Source of the DNA: Candidatus Parcubacteria bacterium
GTDB lineage: Bacteria; Patescibacteriota; Saccharimonadia; UBA4664; JBIOIQ01
Direction: 5' to 3'
Length of the DNA stretch: 64,000 nt
NCBI GenBank assembly: GCA_963718875.1
Contig: OY970378.1
Location: 324,396 to 388,395, forward strand
Under the pieces are notes generated by a model, which was given only the letters and a program-made list of their open reading frames with translations, was not told the DNA's origin and did not search any database. Within the stretch, counting starts at the first letter, position 1. Every line of letters begins with the position of its first letter. Positions 8,118 to 16,307 of this stretch are shown here, one piece after another. The position numbers were made by a program, and so were the translations under genes.

Positions 8118-10133
8118 ATGAGCACACAAAACAATCAAGATAAAGACCAGGTTTTAAATCCGGGCGAGCCTAACAAAAGATCAAGACCTGGTCTTGGCGT
8201 TGAGGCAGATGAACTATACGCTATGCGGCACTCGCTAGCGCATATTATGGCTACAGCCGTAGAGGAGCTGTGGGCTGAGGCTAAGTTGGGCGTGGGACCG
8301 GTTATAGAAAACGGATTTTATTACGATGTGGATTTAGGCGAGACTAAGATATCGGAAGAAGACTTTACCAAAATTGAATCTAAAATGCAGGAAATTATTA
8401 AGGCTGACCAGCCTTTTGAGTGTTTCGAAATGCCGATTGATGAGGCTGTAGAGTGGGCCAAGGAAGCCAAGCAGCCGTATAAGCAAGAGTTGTTGAATGA
8501 CCTTAAGGAGCATGGCACTACGGTGATGAAGGATATTGATGCAAGTTCGCTAGGAGTAGAGTCTAGTTCTCGTCGTACCTCCTCAAACAATGAAGGTGAG
8601 AATCAAAATTCTGAGTCAGGTGAGGATGCTGGATCTGAGGCGTCGAAGGTTAGTGGTCAAATGTCAAATGTTACTCAGGTGTCGTTTTACCGTAACGGGC
8701 CATTTACTGACCTGTGTCGTGGTCCGCACGTGGAGTCGACCGGTAAAGTTGGGGCTTTTAAGCTGATGAAGGTGGCTGGTGCTTACTGGAGGGGGAAAGA
8801 GACCAATCCTCAAATGCAGCGGCTGTATGGGGTGGCATTTGCCACTAAAGAAGAGCTGAAGAGTTATCTTGAGACCATGGAAGAGGCCAAGAAACGGGAT
8901 CACCGTAAGCTTGGGCAGGAGTTGGATCTCTTTACGTTTTCGGACTTAGTCGGTCCAGGATTACCTCTTTATACTCCTAGGGGTACTGTGCTTATAGAAG
9001 AACTAAAAAAAGTATTGCGCGAAATTAGTAATCGTTATGATATGTTGCTTGTTTCGATTCCTCATATTGCAAAAATTGAGCTCTACCAGACATCTGGCCA
9101 TGCCGATAAGTTTTCTGATGAGCTATTTCATGTTAAGAGTCATTATGATCAACCTTTCGTGATGAAGCCAGTAAACTGCCCACACCATACTCAAATTTAT
9201 GCTGCGCGGCCGCGTAGTTACCGTGAGCTACCATTGCGCTATATCGAGCAAACAATGCAATATCGCGACGAGAAACCTGGTCAAATAGGCGGTTTGCAAC
9301 GAACAAGGGGCTTTACTGTAGATGATGGTCATACGTTCTGTCGTGTTGATCAGATTGAACAGGAAGCCTCTATGTCGGTGGAGGTGATCAAGGATTTCTA
9401 TACTAACTTAGGCCTCTGGGGTGAGCATTGGGTGTCGTTATCCGTTCGAGAGCCTGGTGCCCAAGACAAGTATATTGGCCTTTCTGAAGACTGGGATAAG
9501 GCTGAATCCATGCTTGACGAAGTCTCTACCAAATATGGGTTGAACGCAAAACGGATGGAAGGTGAAGCTGCCATTTATGGTCCAAAGCTCGACTTTATGT
9601 TCAAGGATGCGCTGGGACGAGAGACTCAACTGGCTACGGTACAGCTGGATTTTGCCATGCCCAAACGTTTTGGACTAACTTATACTGACGAAAATAGCGA
9701 GTTAATACCACCCGTAATGATTCACAGAGCCATTCTAGGCTCGTTTGAACGCTTCATAATGCTTTTAATTGAACATTTTGCGGGCAAGTTCCCGGTTTGG
9801 CTGGCGCCAGAGCAAATAAGAGTAGCGACGGTAAACGACTCCAAAAAATTGGAAGATTATGCCAGAGTGCTTGTGAAGGACATGAAGGAAGCTGGGTTGC
9901 GTGCGGAGCTTGATCTGTCGAATGAGAGTGTGGGTAAGAAGATCAGAGCGGCAGAACTTTACAAGGTTCCTTACACGCTTGTGGTGGGAGAAAAAGAGCT
10001 GGAAAGTGGCAAAGTTACGCCTAGAGTGCGCAAGGATTTGGCCACAAGTGAGCCTTCTGAGTTGGAAGTAGATAAGTTTATTCAGGTCGTGGCGGGTGAA
10101 GCAAAGTCACGGGCGAGTAAAGCGAGCTTATAA
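8118..10133 (+). CDS. thrS: threonine--tRNA ligase
   Basis: Editing-domain motif HSLAHIM, class II catalytic core and C-terminal anticodon-binding domain. Perfect TAAGGAGG Shine-Dalgarno. The TGS N1 domain is absent and there is a Ser/Glu-rich low-complexity insert. Confidence 0.9.
   Translation: MSTQNNQDKDQVLNPGEPNKRSRPGLGVEADELYAMRHSLAHIMATAVEELWAEAKLGVGPVIENGFYYDVDLGETKISEEDFTKIESKMQEIIKADQPFECFEMPIDEAVEWAKEAKQPYKQELLNDLKEHGTTVMKDIDASSLGVESSSRRTSSNNEGENQNSESGEDAGSEASKVSGQMSNVTQVSFYRNGPFTDLCRGPHVESTGKVGAFKLMKVAGAYWRGKETNPQMQRLYGVAFATKEELKSYLETMEEAKKRDHRKLGQELDLFTFSDLVGPGLPLYTPRGTVLIEELKKVLREISNRYDMLLVSIPHIAKIELYQTSGHADKFSDELFHVKSHYDQPFVMKPVNCPHHTQIYAARPRSYRELPLRYIEQTMQYRDEKPGQIGGLQRTRGFTVDDGHTFCRVDQIEQEASMSVEVIKDFYTNLGLWGEHWVSLSVREPGAQDKYIGLSEDWDKAESMLDEVSTKYGLNAKRMEGEAAIYGPKLDFMFKDALGRETQLATVQLDFAMPKRFGLTYTDENSELIPPVMIHRAILGSFERFIMLLIEHFAGKFPVWLAPEQIRVATVNDSKKLEDYARVLVKDMKEAGLRAELDLSNESVGKKIRAAELYKVPYTLVVGEKELESGKVTPRVRKDLATSEPSELEVDKFIQVVAGEAKSRASKASL
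8147..8198 (+). repeat. 52-nt segment, thrS copy
   Basis: CCAGGTTTTAAATCCGGGCGAGCCTAACAAAAGATCAAGACCTGGTCTTGGC. Confidence 0.8.
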
Positions 10134-10134
10134 A

Positions 10135-10162
10135 CTGTCATCCCGACCGTAGTGGAGGGATC
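10135..10162. repeat. family A element, short copy after thrS (CTGTCATCCCGACCGTAGTGGAGGGATC)
   Basis: GTCATCCCGACC head shared with other copies. Confidence 0.45.
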
Positions 10163-10181
10163 TAACGAAAGGGATTGATAG

Positions 10182-10847
10182 ATGTCTCGACTCATTCGAC
10201 AGGCTCAGAGTTTACAACAAGCTCGACATGACAATATAAAGCCGGTCATTGCGGTTGATATTGATGAAGTGTTGGTTCCTTTTGCTGAAGGGTTCATAGG
10301 GTTTTACAACCAGGTTAATGGTACAGCTTATGAGCTGGCTACTACACAAGTGTATCGGCTTGAAGAAATCACCGGAGATACGAAAGAATATATGTTAGAG
10401 ATGGTGCATCAGTATCATGCGCTGGTAGAGCGTCGAGCTGACCTGCCTATCGAAGGTGCCGTAGATGCCATTAATCGGTTACTTATGTACTACGAGGTTG
10501 ATATTGTAACTTCAAGGCGTTATGTAGAGCTTGAATTTACACACAAGTGGCTTAGACAGAATTTTCCGAAAGTATTTCGAAAGGTGCATTTTATTCGCGG
10601 ACCTGATGATGGAAATGTAATGACAAAATCAGAGATATGCCAGCAAATAGGGGCAAAAGTACTGATTGAGGATCAGTTAACGTATGCGCTCGATGCTGCT
10701 AAATCCGGCATTAGGGTGTTGCTCTTTGGAAGCTACCCTTGGAACCAGATTGATGTTTTGCCCCACAACGTGAAGCGAGTTTATAATTGGGATGAAGTAC
10801 TGCAAGATTTAATTGGTTTAAAAAATTCTGAAACGACCGTCGGCTGA
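10182..10847 (+). CDS. HAD-superfamily 5'(3')-deoxyribonucleotidase-like protein (NT5C family)
   Basis: N-terminal DxDxV motif (IAVDIDEVL) and overall NT5C-like length and pattern. Confidence 0.55.
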   Translation: MSRLIRQAQSLQQARHDNIKPVIAVDIDEVLVPFAEGFIGFYNQVNGTAYELATTQVYRLEEITGDTKEYMLEMVHQYHALVERRADLPIEGAVDAINRLLMYYEVDIVTSRRYVELEFTHKWLRQNFPKVFRKVHFIRGPDDGNVMTKSEICQQIGAKVLIEDQLTYALDAAKSGIRVLLFGSYPWNQIDVLPHNVKRVYNWDEVLQDLIGLKNSETTVG

Positions 10848-10876
10848 CGGTTCAGGATGACAGCTAGGAGTATGTA

Positions 10877-11548
10877 ATGCCGTCAAGTACGGATAATGAG
10901 TTGATTTTGATTGGGGGTGGGGCTACAGGCCAAGTGGCTGAGTATTTGGCGTCTAAAGCTGGCGGTGAGGTTGGTATAGTGACGTTTGCTCTGGATGATC
11001 CAAAAACCTATATTGCTCAAAAGACTGAAGTTTTTTCTGAGTACAACTGTAAGGTTAGACATGTAAACGAGATAGATGACCTAGAAGGGCTTTCATTGGT
11101 GTTTTACGCAGGAGGGGACCAGATTCGGTTAGCATTTCAACTGAAACAAACTGGCATTCACTCTGAGTTAGTAAAATGGTGGCGCAAAGGCGAGGTTATT
11201 TTAGCGGGCTCTAGCGCCGGAGCGATGGTGATGTGCGGCGTGATGTTGGAAGAAGACAGCGATGAAAATTATGGCAGAGTGGGGATTGATTTGACTCATG
11301 GTTTGGGGCCGATTGGGAGTAGTATTATAGCGCCGCATTGGTCGGAACGGTCTAGTTCTGAGTGGCGCGGCAAGCTGATCAGTGAGTATGGCGAGGCTTA
11401 TTATATTTTTGGGATCGATGAAAATACGCTTTTAAGTTGGCGGGCAGGGAAGTGTAGGGTTGTTGGGGAGGGGAAGGTTCATGCTTTTGGGCGGATGATG
11501 GGTACTTGGGGTGATGGTGATGAGTTCACAGTGGCTCGGGGTTTTTAG
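10877..11548 (+). CDS. peptidase S51 (dipeptidase E-like) family protein
   Basis: GSSAG nucleophile-elbow (ILAGSSAGAMVM) and class I glutamine-amidotransferase-like fold pattern. Confidence 0.6.
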   Translation: MPSSTDNELILIGGGATGQVAEYLASKAGGEVGIVTFALDDPKTYIAQKTEVFSEYNCKVRHVNEIDDLEGLSLVFYAGGDQIRLAFQLKQTGIHSELVKWWRKGEVILAGSSAGAMVMCGVMLEEDSDENYGRVGIDLTHGLGPIGSSIIAPHWSERSSSEWRGKLISEYGEAYYIFGIDENTLLSWRAGKCRVVGEGKVHAFGRMMGTWGDGDEFTVARGF

Positions 11549-11598
11549 CTAGCTCGCATACCATGATCCCGAACTTACTCCCTGATCCCGAACTTACT

Positions 11599-11618
11599 CC
11601 CTGAGCATTGTCGAAGGG
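11599..11618. repeat. family C motif, copy 2 (preceded by direct repeat GATCCCGAACTTACTCCCTGA x2 at 11565-11606)
   Basis: CCCTGAGCATTGTCGAAGGG. Confidence 0.6.
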
Positions 11619-11778
11619 TCTTATAACCACCCAGACTCTTTTAATAGGGTAGTTTCGCGCTGTTTTTGGCGTATCAACCTATCAACCTAACTGTCTAACT
11701 ATTTTATGAAATTAATGCTCAAACTACTCGAGGAAGTACTGATATACCAACGAGGAGGAGTAAGTCGATTTTGGTTTT

Positions 11779-11822
11779 TATACTACGAAAAGCAAATTTA
11801 TTATACTTTTTCGTAGTATAAT
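11779..11822. promoter_or_regulatory. 15-bp perfect inverted repeat operator overlapping a TATAAT -10 box, immediately upstream of the PadR gene
   Basis: TATACTACGAAAAAG at 11779-11792 and CTTTTTCGTAGTATA at 11806-11820. TATAAT at 11817-11822 lies only 7 nt before the ATG at 11830, implying a leaderless or near-leaderless transcript. Confidence 0.5.
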
Positions 11823-11829
11823 ATTGAAA

Positions 11830-12180
11830 ATGAACATCTCCTCGCGCGAAGAATATATACCTTTGACTCCTCAAGCTGGAGCCGTCCTGTTAGCACTAGC
11901 GGATGGTCCAAAACACGGCTACTGGATTGTACAGTTATGCCGAAGTGACTCAGATGACATGCTTGTTATGAGTACCGGCTCGATATACCCCATACTAGAG
12001 CGATTAAAAGCTCAAAAGTTAATTGAGGAATTTAGAAGTGAAATTGGCACATCATCACCTTTTAAAAGAAAAATGTATATGCTAACAGGTACGGGTAAGA
12101 TGGTTTTGGAGCGAGAGATGGATCGCCAAGCTAATTTTGTGGCTTTGGTTAGATTTCGATTAAAAAAGCACAATGTCTGA
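11830..12180 (+). CDS. PadR-family transcriptional regulator
   Basis: Winged-HTH PadR pattern (PLTPQAGAVLLALADGPKHGYWI ... SIYPILERLKAQKLIE). Confidence 0.75.
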   Translation: MNISSREEYIPLTPQAGAVLLALADGPKHGYWIVQLCRSDSDDMLVMSTGSIYPILERLKAQKLIEEFRSEIGTSSPFKRKMYMLTGTGKMVLEREMDRQANFVALVRFRLKKHNV

Positions 12181-12547
12181 GCTCGATAGCAGTTTTAAGC
12201 AAGATGTTTACGCCATCGTTGCACTAATTCCTTCCGGTAGAGCCATGACTTACGGTCAAATTGCTGCATTATGTGGTCACCCTCGAGCAGCCCGTCAAGT
12301 CGGCCAAATAGCCCATTGGGGCCCACAAGAATTGCCATGGCACAGAGTTGTTAATAAAAGTGGTGGCCTCGCAGGTGCGTTTACAAGTGGCGGAAGGCAG
12401 GCTCAGGCTCAAATGCTGCGTAATGAAGGAGTTCAGGTGTCGTCAAATCACATTATTGATATAAAAAACTTGATCTGGTGGCCTGAAGATAGTATCTTGT
12501 CTCAATCTGTCATCCGAGCAGAGATCGAGGGATCTCCCAGTGAATAA
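12173..12547 (+). CDS. alkyltransferase-like protein (ATL; MGMT DNA-binding domain with Trp replacing the active Cys)
   Basis: PWHRVVN motif in place of PCHRV. Overlaps PadR by 8 nt and miaA by 8 nt, so it sits in an operon. Confidence 0.7.
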   Translation: MSELDSSFKQDVYAIVALIPSGRAMTYGQIAALCGHPRAARQVGQIAHWGPQELPWHRVVNKSGGLAGAFTSGGRQAQAQMLRNEGVQVSSNHIIDIKNLIWWPEDSILSQSVIRAEIEGSPSE

Positions 12548-13421
12548 GTTGCTGGTAATTGTCGGCCCCACCGCCAGCGGAAAGAGCGCGCTAGGGTTAA
12601 AAATTGCCCAAAAGTTTAATGCCGAGATTATTAATGCGGATTCAAGGTCCATCTACAGATATATGGACATTGGCACAGCCAAACCGACCAGTCAGGAAAT
12701 GTTGTTAATTCCACATCATTTAGTAAACATTAAAAACCCCAATCAGGTATATTCGGCCTCGAAATTTAAGCGTGACGCGCTTAAAGCCATAGATGACATT
12801 GTGAGTAGAGGAAGACTGCCTATAATAGTTGGTGGGACAGGACTTTACGTTGATAGTTTGTTATTTGATTACCAATTTCCAGGTCTAAACACAGATACCA
12901 ATCGTAAAACGTTACGTGAGTTACCTCACGAAGAGTTGTTACAAAAACTACTTGATTCCGATTTTGAAGCATTTGATTCGATCGACTTGAAAAACCCACA
13001 TAGAGTTTTAAGGGCAGTTGAAACGGCTGGTTTTCCCCGCAGTAAGAGCACAGACATGCGCCCAGACACATTAGTAATTGGGCTTAGCTTGAATAAAGAA
13101 GTTATTCAAAAGCGAATTTATTCTAGAATAAAAAAAATGCTTAGGGAAGGCTTAATTAACGAGGTTGAGCAAGTGGGAGAGACATTTGGGTGGGATAATG
13201 AAAGCATGACTGGGCCAGCATACAGGTCTTTTAAGGGGGTTATTCTGAGCGATAAAACTATTGCTGATGCCTCACAGGAGTTTGCCAAAAGAGACATTGC
13301 TTTGGCCAAGCGCCAGATGACATGGTTTAAGCGTAATAAAAACATTCATTGGCTGGATGCGGCTGACTCTGAACAGCTTGAGTTTGAGGCTACAGTGTTA
13401 ATCAAGCAATTTATGGCCTAA
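12540..13421 (+). CDS. miaA: tRNA dimethylallyltransferase
   Basis: P-loop GPTASGKS and the typical MiaA length and motifs. Confidence 0.85.
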   Translation: MNKLLVIVGPTASGKSALGLKIAQKFNAEIINADSRSIYRYMDIGTAKPTSQEMLLIPHHLVNIKNPNQVYSASKFKRDALKAIDDIVSRGRLPIIVGGTGLYVDSLLFDYQFPGLNTDTNRKTLRELPHEELLQKLLDSDFEAFDSIDLKNPHRVLRAVETAGFPRSKSTDMRPDTLVIGLSLNKEVIQKRIYSRIKKMLREGLINEVEQVGETFGWDNESMTGPAYRSFKGVILSDKTIADASQEFAKRDIALAKRQMTWFKRNKNIHWLDAADSEQLEFEATVLIKQFMA

Positions 13422-13437
13422 ACTAAAAACACTTTTA

Positions 13438-13488
13438 TGTCATTCCATATCGGAAGCGAGGTACGAGCGTTCCGGGTAGGGAATCCAG
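13438..13488. repeat. family A element between miaA and murT (TGTCATTCCATATCGGAAGC ... CCGGGTAGGGAATCC)
   Basis: Inverted arms. Confidence 0.5.
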
Positions 13489-13546
13489 CAAACGTTGTTT
13501 TTCGAGGCGAGTTCAAGATGATACTAAAAGAGCGTATAATAAGCTC

Positions 13547-15010
13547 ATGTTTCTGATGATCATTTGGTTAGCAAAGCTGGCTGGAACGTTGAGTCGGCTT
13601 TTTGGTAAAGGCGGCGGATCGGCCTTGCCGGGTTTGTTGGCTGAACAAAGCGACGATAATATTTTGACTCAACTCGGTTCGCGATTAAAATATGGCTCAA
13701 TCGTTATTACCGGTACAAATGGTAAAACAACAACCACCAAAATGGTTTGTGAAATTCTCGAATCTGTAGGCTACAAAGTTATAACTAACCAATCGGGCTC
13801 AAATTTGAGTCGCGGAATTGTTTCGACTTTAGTTGAAAAAATCAGCTTGACCGGTAATTTTAGTGCTGAACTTGGTGTTTTTGAAGTGGACGAAGCTAGT
13901 ATGCCGGCAGTGTGTGCTGCCCTCAAGCCTAAAAGCGTGATGGTTTTAAACTTGTTTCGGGATCAGCTTGATCGCTATGGCGAGTTAGATCAGACGGCCG
14001 CCATGATAGGTAAAGCGATTTCGCCACTTGAGACCGAGCTGTTTTTGAATGCCGACGATCCGTTGGTGGCTAGTCTGGCCAGATACTGCAAACCTCAAGA
14101 CCAGGTCTTAAGTCCAGATGTTTCAAGTTCTCGTGTCAAGGCCTGGTCTTTGAACCCTCGTATCCATTATTTTGGGGTTGAAGCCGCAAAAACCCTAAAA
14201 CTCGATCACGATCTAGCGGCAGATTCCGATCATTGTCCGTTTGATGGAGCGGCTTTGCACTACAAGAATAATTTTTTTGGACATATTGGGCACTATGTCT
14301 GCCCGAACGGTGATTTTGAGCGGCCGAAAACCGAAACAAGCTTAGTGGAATATAAAAACGGCCAGCCTTTTAAGCTTAAAAGTGAAAATGGCGGTGAAGC
14401 TAAGCTTTATTTACCGCTGCCAGGCCTCTATAACGCCTATAACGCTCTGGCGGCGGTAAGCCTCTGTGAAACGCTGGGTATTACAGTTGAAAGGGCTGCA
14501 AAGGCTTTAGAACGCGTTACAGCGGCCTTTGGCAGGGTAGAGAGACTGGAAATTGAAGGCAGGACTGTTTACTTGCTTTTAATTAAAAATCCGACTGGCT
14601 TTAACCAAGTGATTCAGACCTTTTTGACCAGTAATAAAGCTCATAGCATTATGGTAGCCATAAACGACAATTTTGCGGATGGACGAGACGTGAGTTGGTT
14701 GTGGGATGTGGCAATTGAAGAGTTGCGAGTTCAACACCCGTCGTCAAACGTTAAAGGCCCTAAACCGGCAGTTGGCAGTGTTGGACACAATATTGTAGTG
14801 AGTGGCGATCGAGCGCTTGATATGGGTTTACGCTTTAAGTATGCGGGGCAGGCAGTGGCGATCGAGACTAATTTAGAAGCGGCTTTTAATCAAGCTGTTA
14901 GATCTGCCTCTCCTGGTGAAACGGTGTATGTACTCCCGACTTATACGGCCATGTTGGAATTACGCGAACGTGTTAGAACACTAGGCCTTGTTAAAGGCTA
15001 CTGGTCATGA
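13547..15010 (+). CDS. murT: lipid II isoglutaminyl synthase, Mur-ligase-like subunit MurT
   Basis: Mur ligase P-loop GTNGKTTT, central Cys-rich ribbon (CPFDG...HYVCPNG) and C-terminal DUF1727-like region. Confidence 0.8.
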   Translation: MFLMIIWLAKLAGTLSRLFGKGGGSALPGLLAEQSDDNILTQLGSRLKYGSIVITGTNGKTTTTKMVCEILESVGYKVITNQSGSNLSRGIVSTLVEKISLTGNFSAELGVFEVDEASMPAVCAALKPKSVMVLNLFRDQLDRYGELDQTAAMIGKAISPLETELFLNADDPLVASLARYCKPQDQVLSPDVSSSRVKAWSLNPRIHYFGVEAAKTLKLDHDLAADSDHCPFDGAALHYKNNFFGHIGHYVCPNGDFERPKTETSLVEYKNGQPFKLKSENGGEAKLYLPLPGLYNAYNALAAVSLCETLGITVERAAKALERVTAAFGRVERLEIEGRTVYLLLIKNPTGFNQVIQTFLTSNKAHSIMVAINDNFADGRDVSWLWDVAIEELRVQHPSSNVKGPKPAVGSVGHNIVVSGDRALDMGLRFKYAGQAVAIETNLEAAFNQAVRSASPGETVYVLPTYTAMLELRERVRTLGLVKGYWS

Positions 15011-15080
15011 CAATGTATTCCACGCTTTGCATATTACTTCGTCAAGCTCTCCAGTCCGCGTTCGACGTAGGCTTGCTACG

Positions 15081-15129
15081 CCTCTCCGTCAGCCGACGGA
15101 TGCGGACTTCGGTTTTTTCTTGTACTGCA
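15081..15129 (+). repeat. family D module, full copy between murT and gatD
   Basis: CCTCTCCGTCAGCCGACGGATGCGGACTTCGGTTTTTTCTTGTACTGCA. Confidence 0.6.
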
Positions 15130-15164
15130 TCGAGCTATGAAATGCTTTTACGGGGGTTAGTTAA

Positions 15165-15896
15165 ATGTTAAATGTCAAAGGTCAATCGTTAACAATCGTA
15201 CACTTGTACGCAAATGAGATGAACATTTATGGCGACAGAGGGAATGTACTGACTTTGTGTCAGCGGTTGGCTTGGCGGGGGATTGAGGCGAATGTTGTAG
15301 AGGTAGGAGTGGGGCAAAAATATGATTTTACTGAGGCCGATATTGTGTTTGCTGGTGGAGGTCAAGATAGGGGTCAGTTGGCTGTGGGAGCTGATTTACT
15401 GAAGCGCTCTACTAATCTGCATTTGGCTGCCCAAGCCGGAGTAGTTATGTTAACTGTTTGCGGTACTTATCAGTTGTTTGGGCGCTTTTTTGATACGCAC
15501 GAAGGTCATAAAATTCCTGGTATAGGTTTGTTTGGTGCTCAAACGGTGGCTAGCAAAACTAGGATGATTGGAAATGTGGTGCTCGAAAGCGCCTGGGGCA
15601 GGTTGGTGGGTTTTGAAAACCATAGCGGCCAAACTATACTAGATGCTGCTCAGCCGGCACTAGGGAAGGTGCTAAAAGGTTTCGGCAACAACGAAACTAG
15701 TGGCGCTGAAGGTGCTGTTGTTCACAATGTTTATGGCACTTACTTACATGGGCCGTTGCTGCCTAAAAACCCGGCTTTTGCCGATCATTTGCTACTGACT
15801 GCTTTGCGGCGCAAGCATAACATTAGCGAGTTGCAGCCACTTGATGATCAGCTTGAATTATCAGCTGCGGCTATTGCGGCAAAACGCCCGCAATAA
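15165..15896 (+). CDS. gatD: lipid II isoglutaminyl synthase glutaminase subunit GatD (CobB/CobQ-like GATase)
   Basis: Close pattern match to S. aureus GatD (MNIYGDRGN ... TVCGTYQLFG ... GFENHSG ... YGTYLHGPLLPKNP). Confidence 0.8.
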   Translation: MLNVKGQSLTIVHLYANEMNIYGDRGNVLTLCQRLAWRGIEANVVEVGVGQKYDFTEADIVFAGGGQDRGQLAVGADLLKRSTNLHLAAQAGVVMLTVCGTYQLFGRFFDTHEGHKIPGIGLFGAQTVASKTRMIGNVVLESAWGRLVGFENHSGQTILDAAQPALGKVLKGFGNNETSGAEGAVVHNVYGTYLHGPLLPKNPAFADHLLLTALRRKHNISELQPLDDQLELSAAAIAAKRPQ

Positions 15897-15937
15897 CATC
15901 AAGAGTCGTGAGTCGTGAGTCGTGCTCAGGGATAGAC

Positions 15938-15992
15938 TAAGTCAGACTTCAAATCGGATTGCTTTGGCTATCCAAGATTAAAGTCTGACTTA
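15938..15992. repeat. family B hairpin element (TAAGTCAGACTTCAAATCGGATTGCTTTGGCTATCCAAGATTAAAGTCTGACTTA)
   Basis: 11-bp inverted arms AAGTCAGACTT/AAGTCTGACTT. Confidence 0.6.
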
Positions 15993-16028
15993 TATTTACG
16001 CATTAGACACCAGCATTGCTACTTATTG

Positions 16029-16088
16029 CCTGAGCTTGTCGAAGGCCAGAAAAATGAGCCTGCTTTGACCCTTCGACTACGCTCAGGG
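16029..16088. repeat. family C motif, inverted pair forming a 17-bp-arm hairpin
   Basis: CCTGAGCTTGTCGAAGG ... CCCTTCGACTACGCTCAGG. Confidence 0.65.
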
Positions 16089-16128
16089 AATAAAAAGATG
16101 CGTTGCAGTGAAGCTTGGCAAGCCGGAT

Positions 16129-16184
16129 CAAAGTCAGGCTTCAAATCCAATTGCTTGATCATCCAAGATTAAAGTCTGACTTAC
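16129..16184. repeat. family B hairpin element, second copy in the same intergenic region
   Basis: CAAAGTCAGGCTTCAAATCCAATTGCTTGATCATCCAAGATTAAAGTCTGACTTAC. Confidence 0.6.
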
Positions 16185-16307
16185 ATTAACGCTATTGAAT
16201 CCGATAGGCAGACGTATTAAGAACTAAAACAAAAAACCGCCCGATGTTATCAAGCGGCTCTTTGCTTATTTTGTTTTAACCAAAAATGCGGAACAAAAAG
16301 AATGAAT

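Noticed and set aside
15906-15925. Tandem GAGTCGT x3 and AGGTCAA x4 (36880-36907) as possible CRISPR or minisatellite
   Set aside because: Units are 7 nt with no spacers, so this is not CRISPR architecture. Recorded as simple tandem repeats or regulatory direct repeats.
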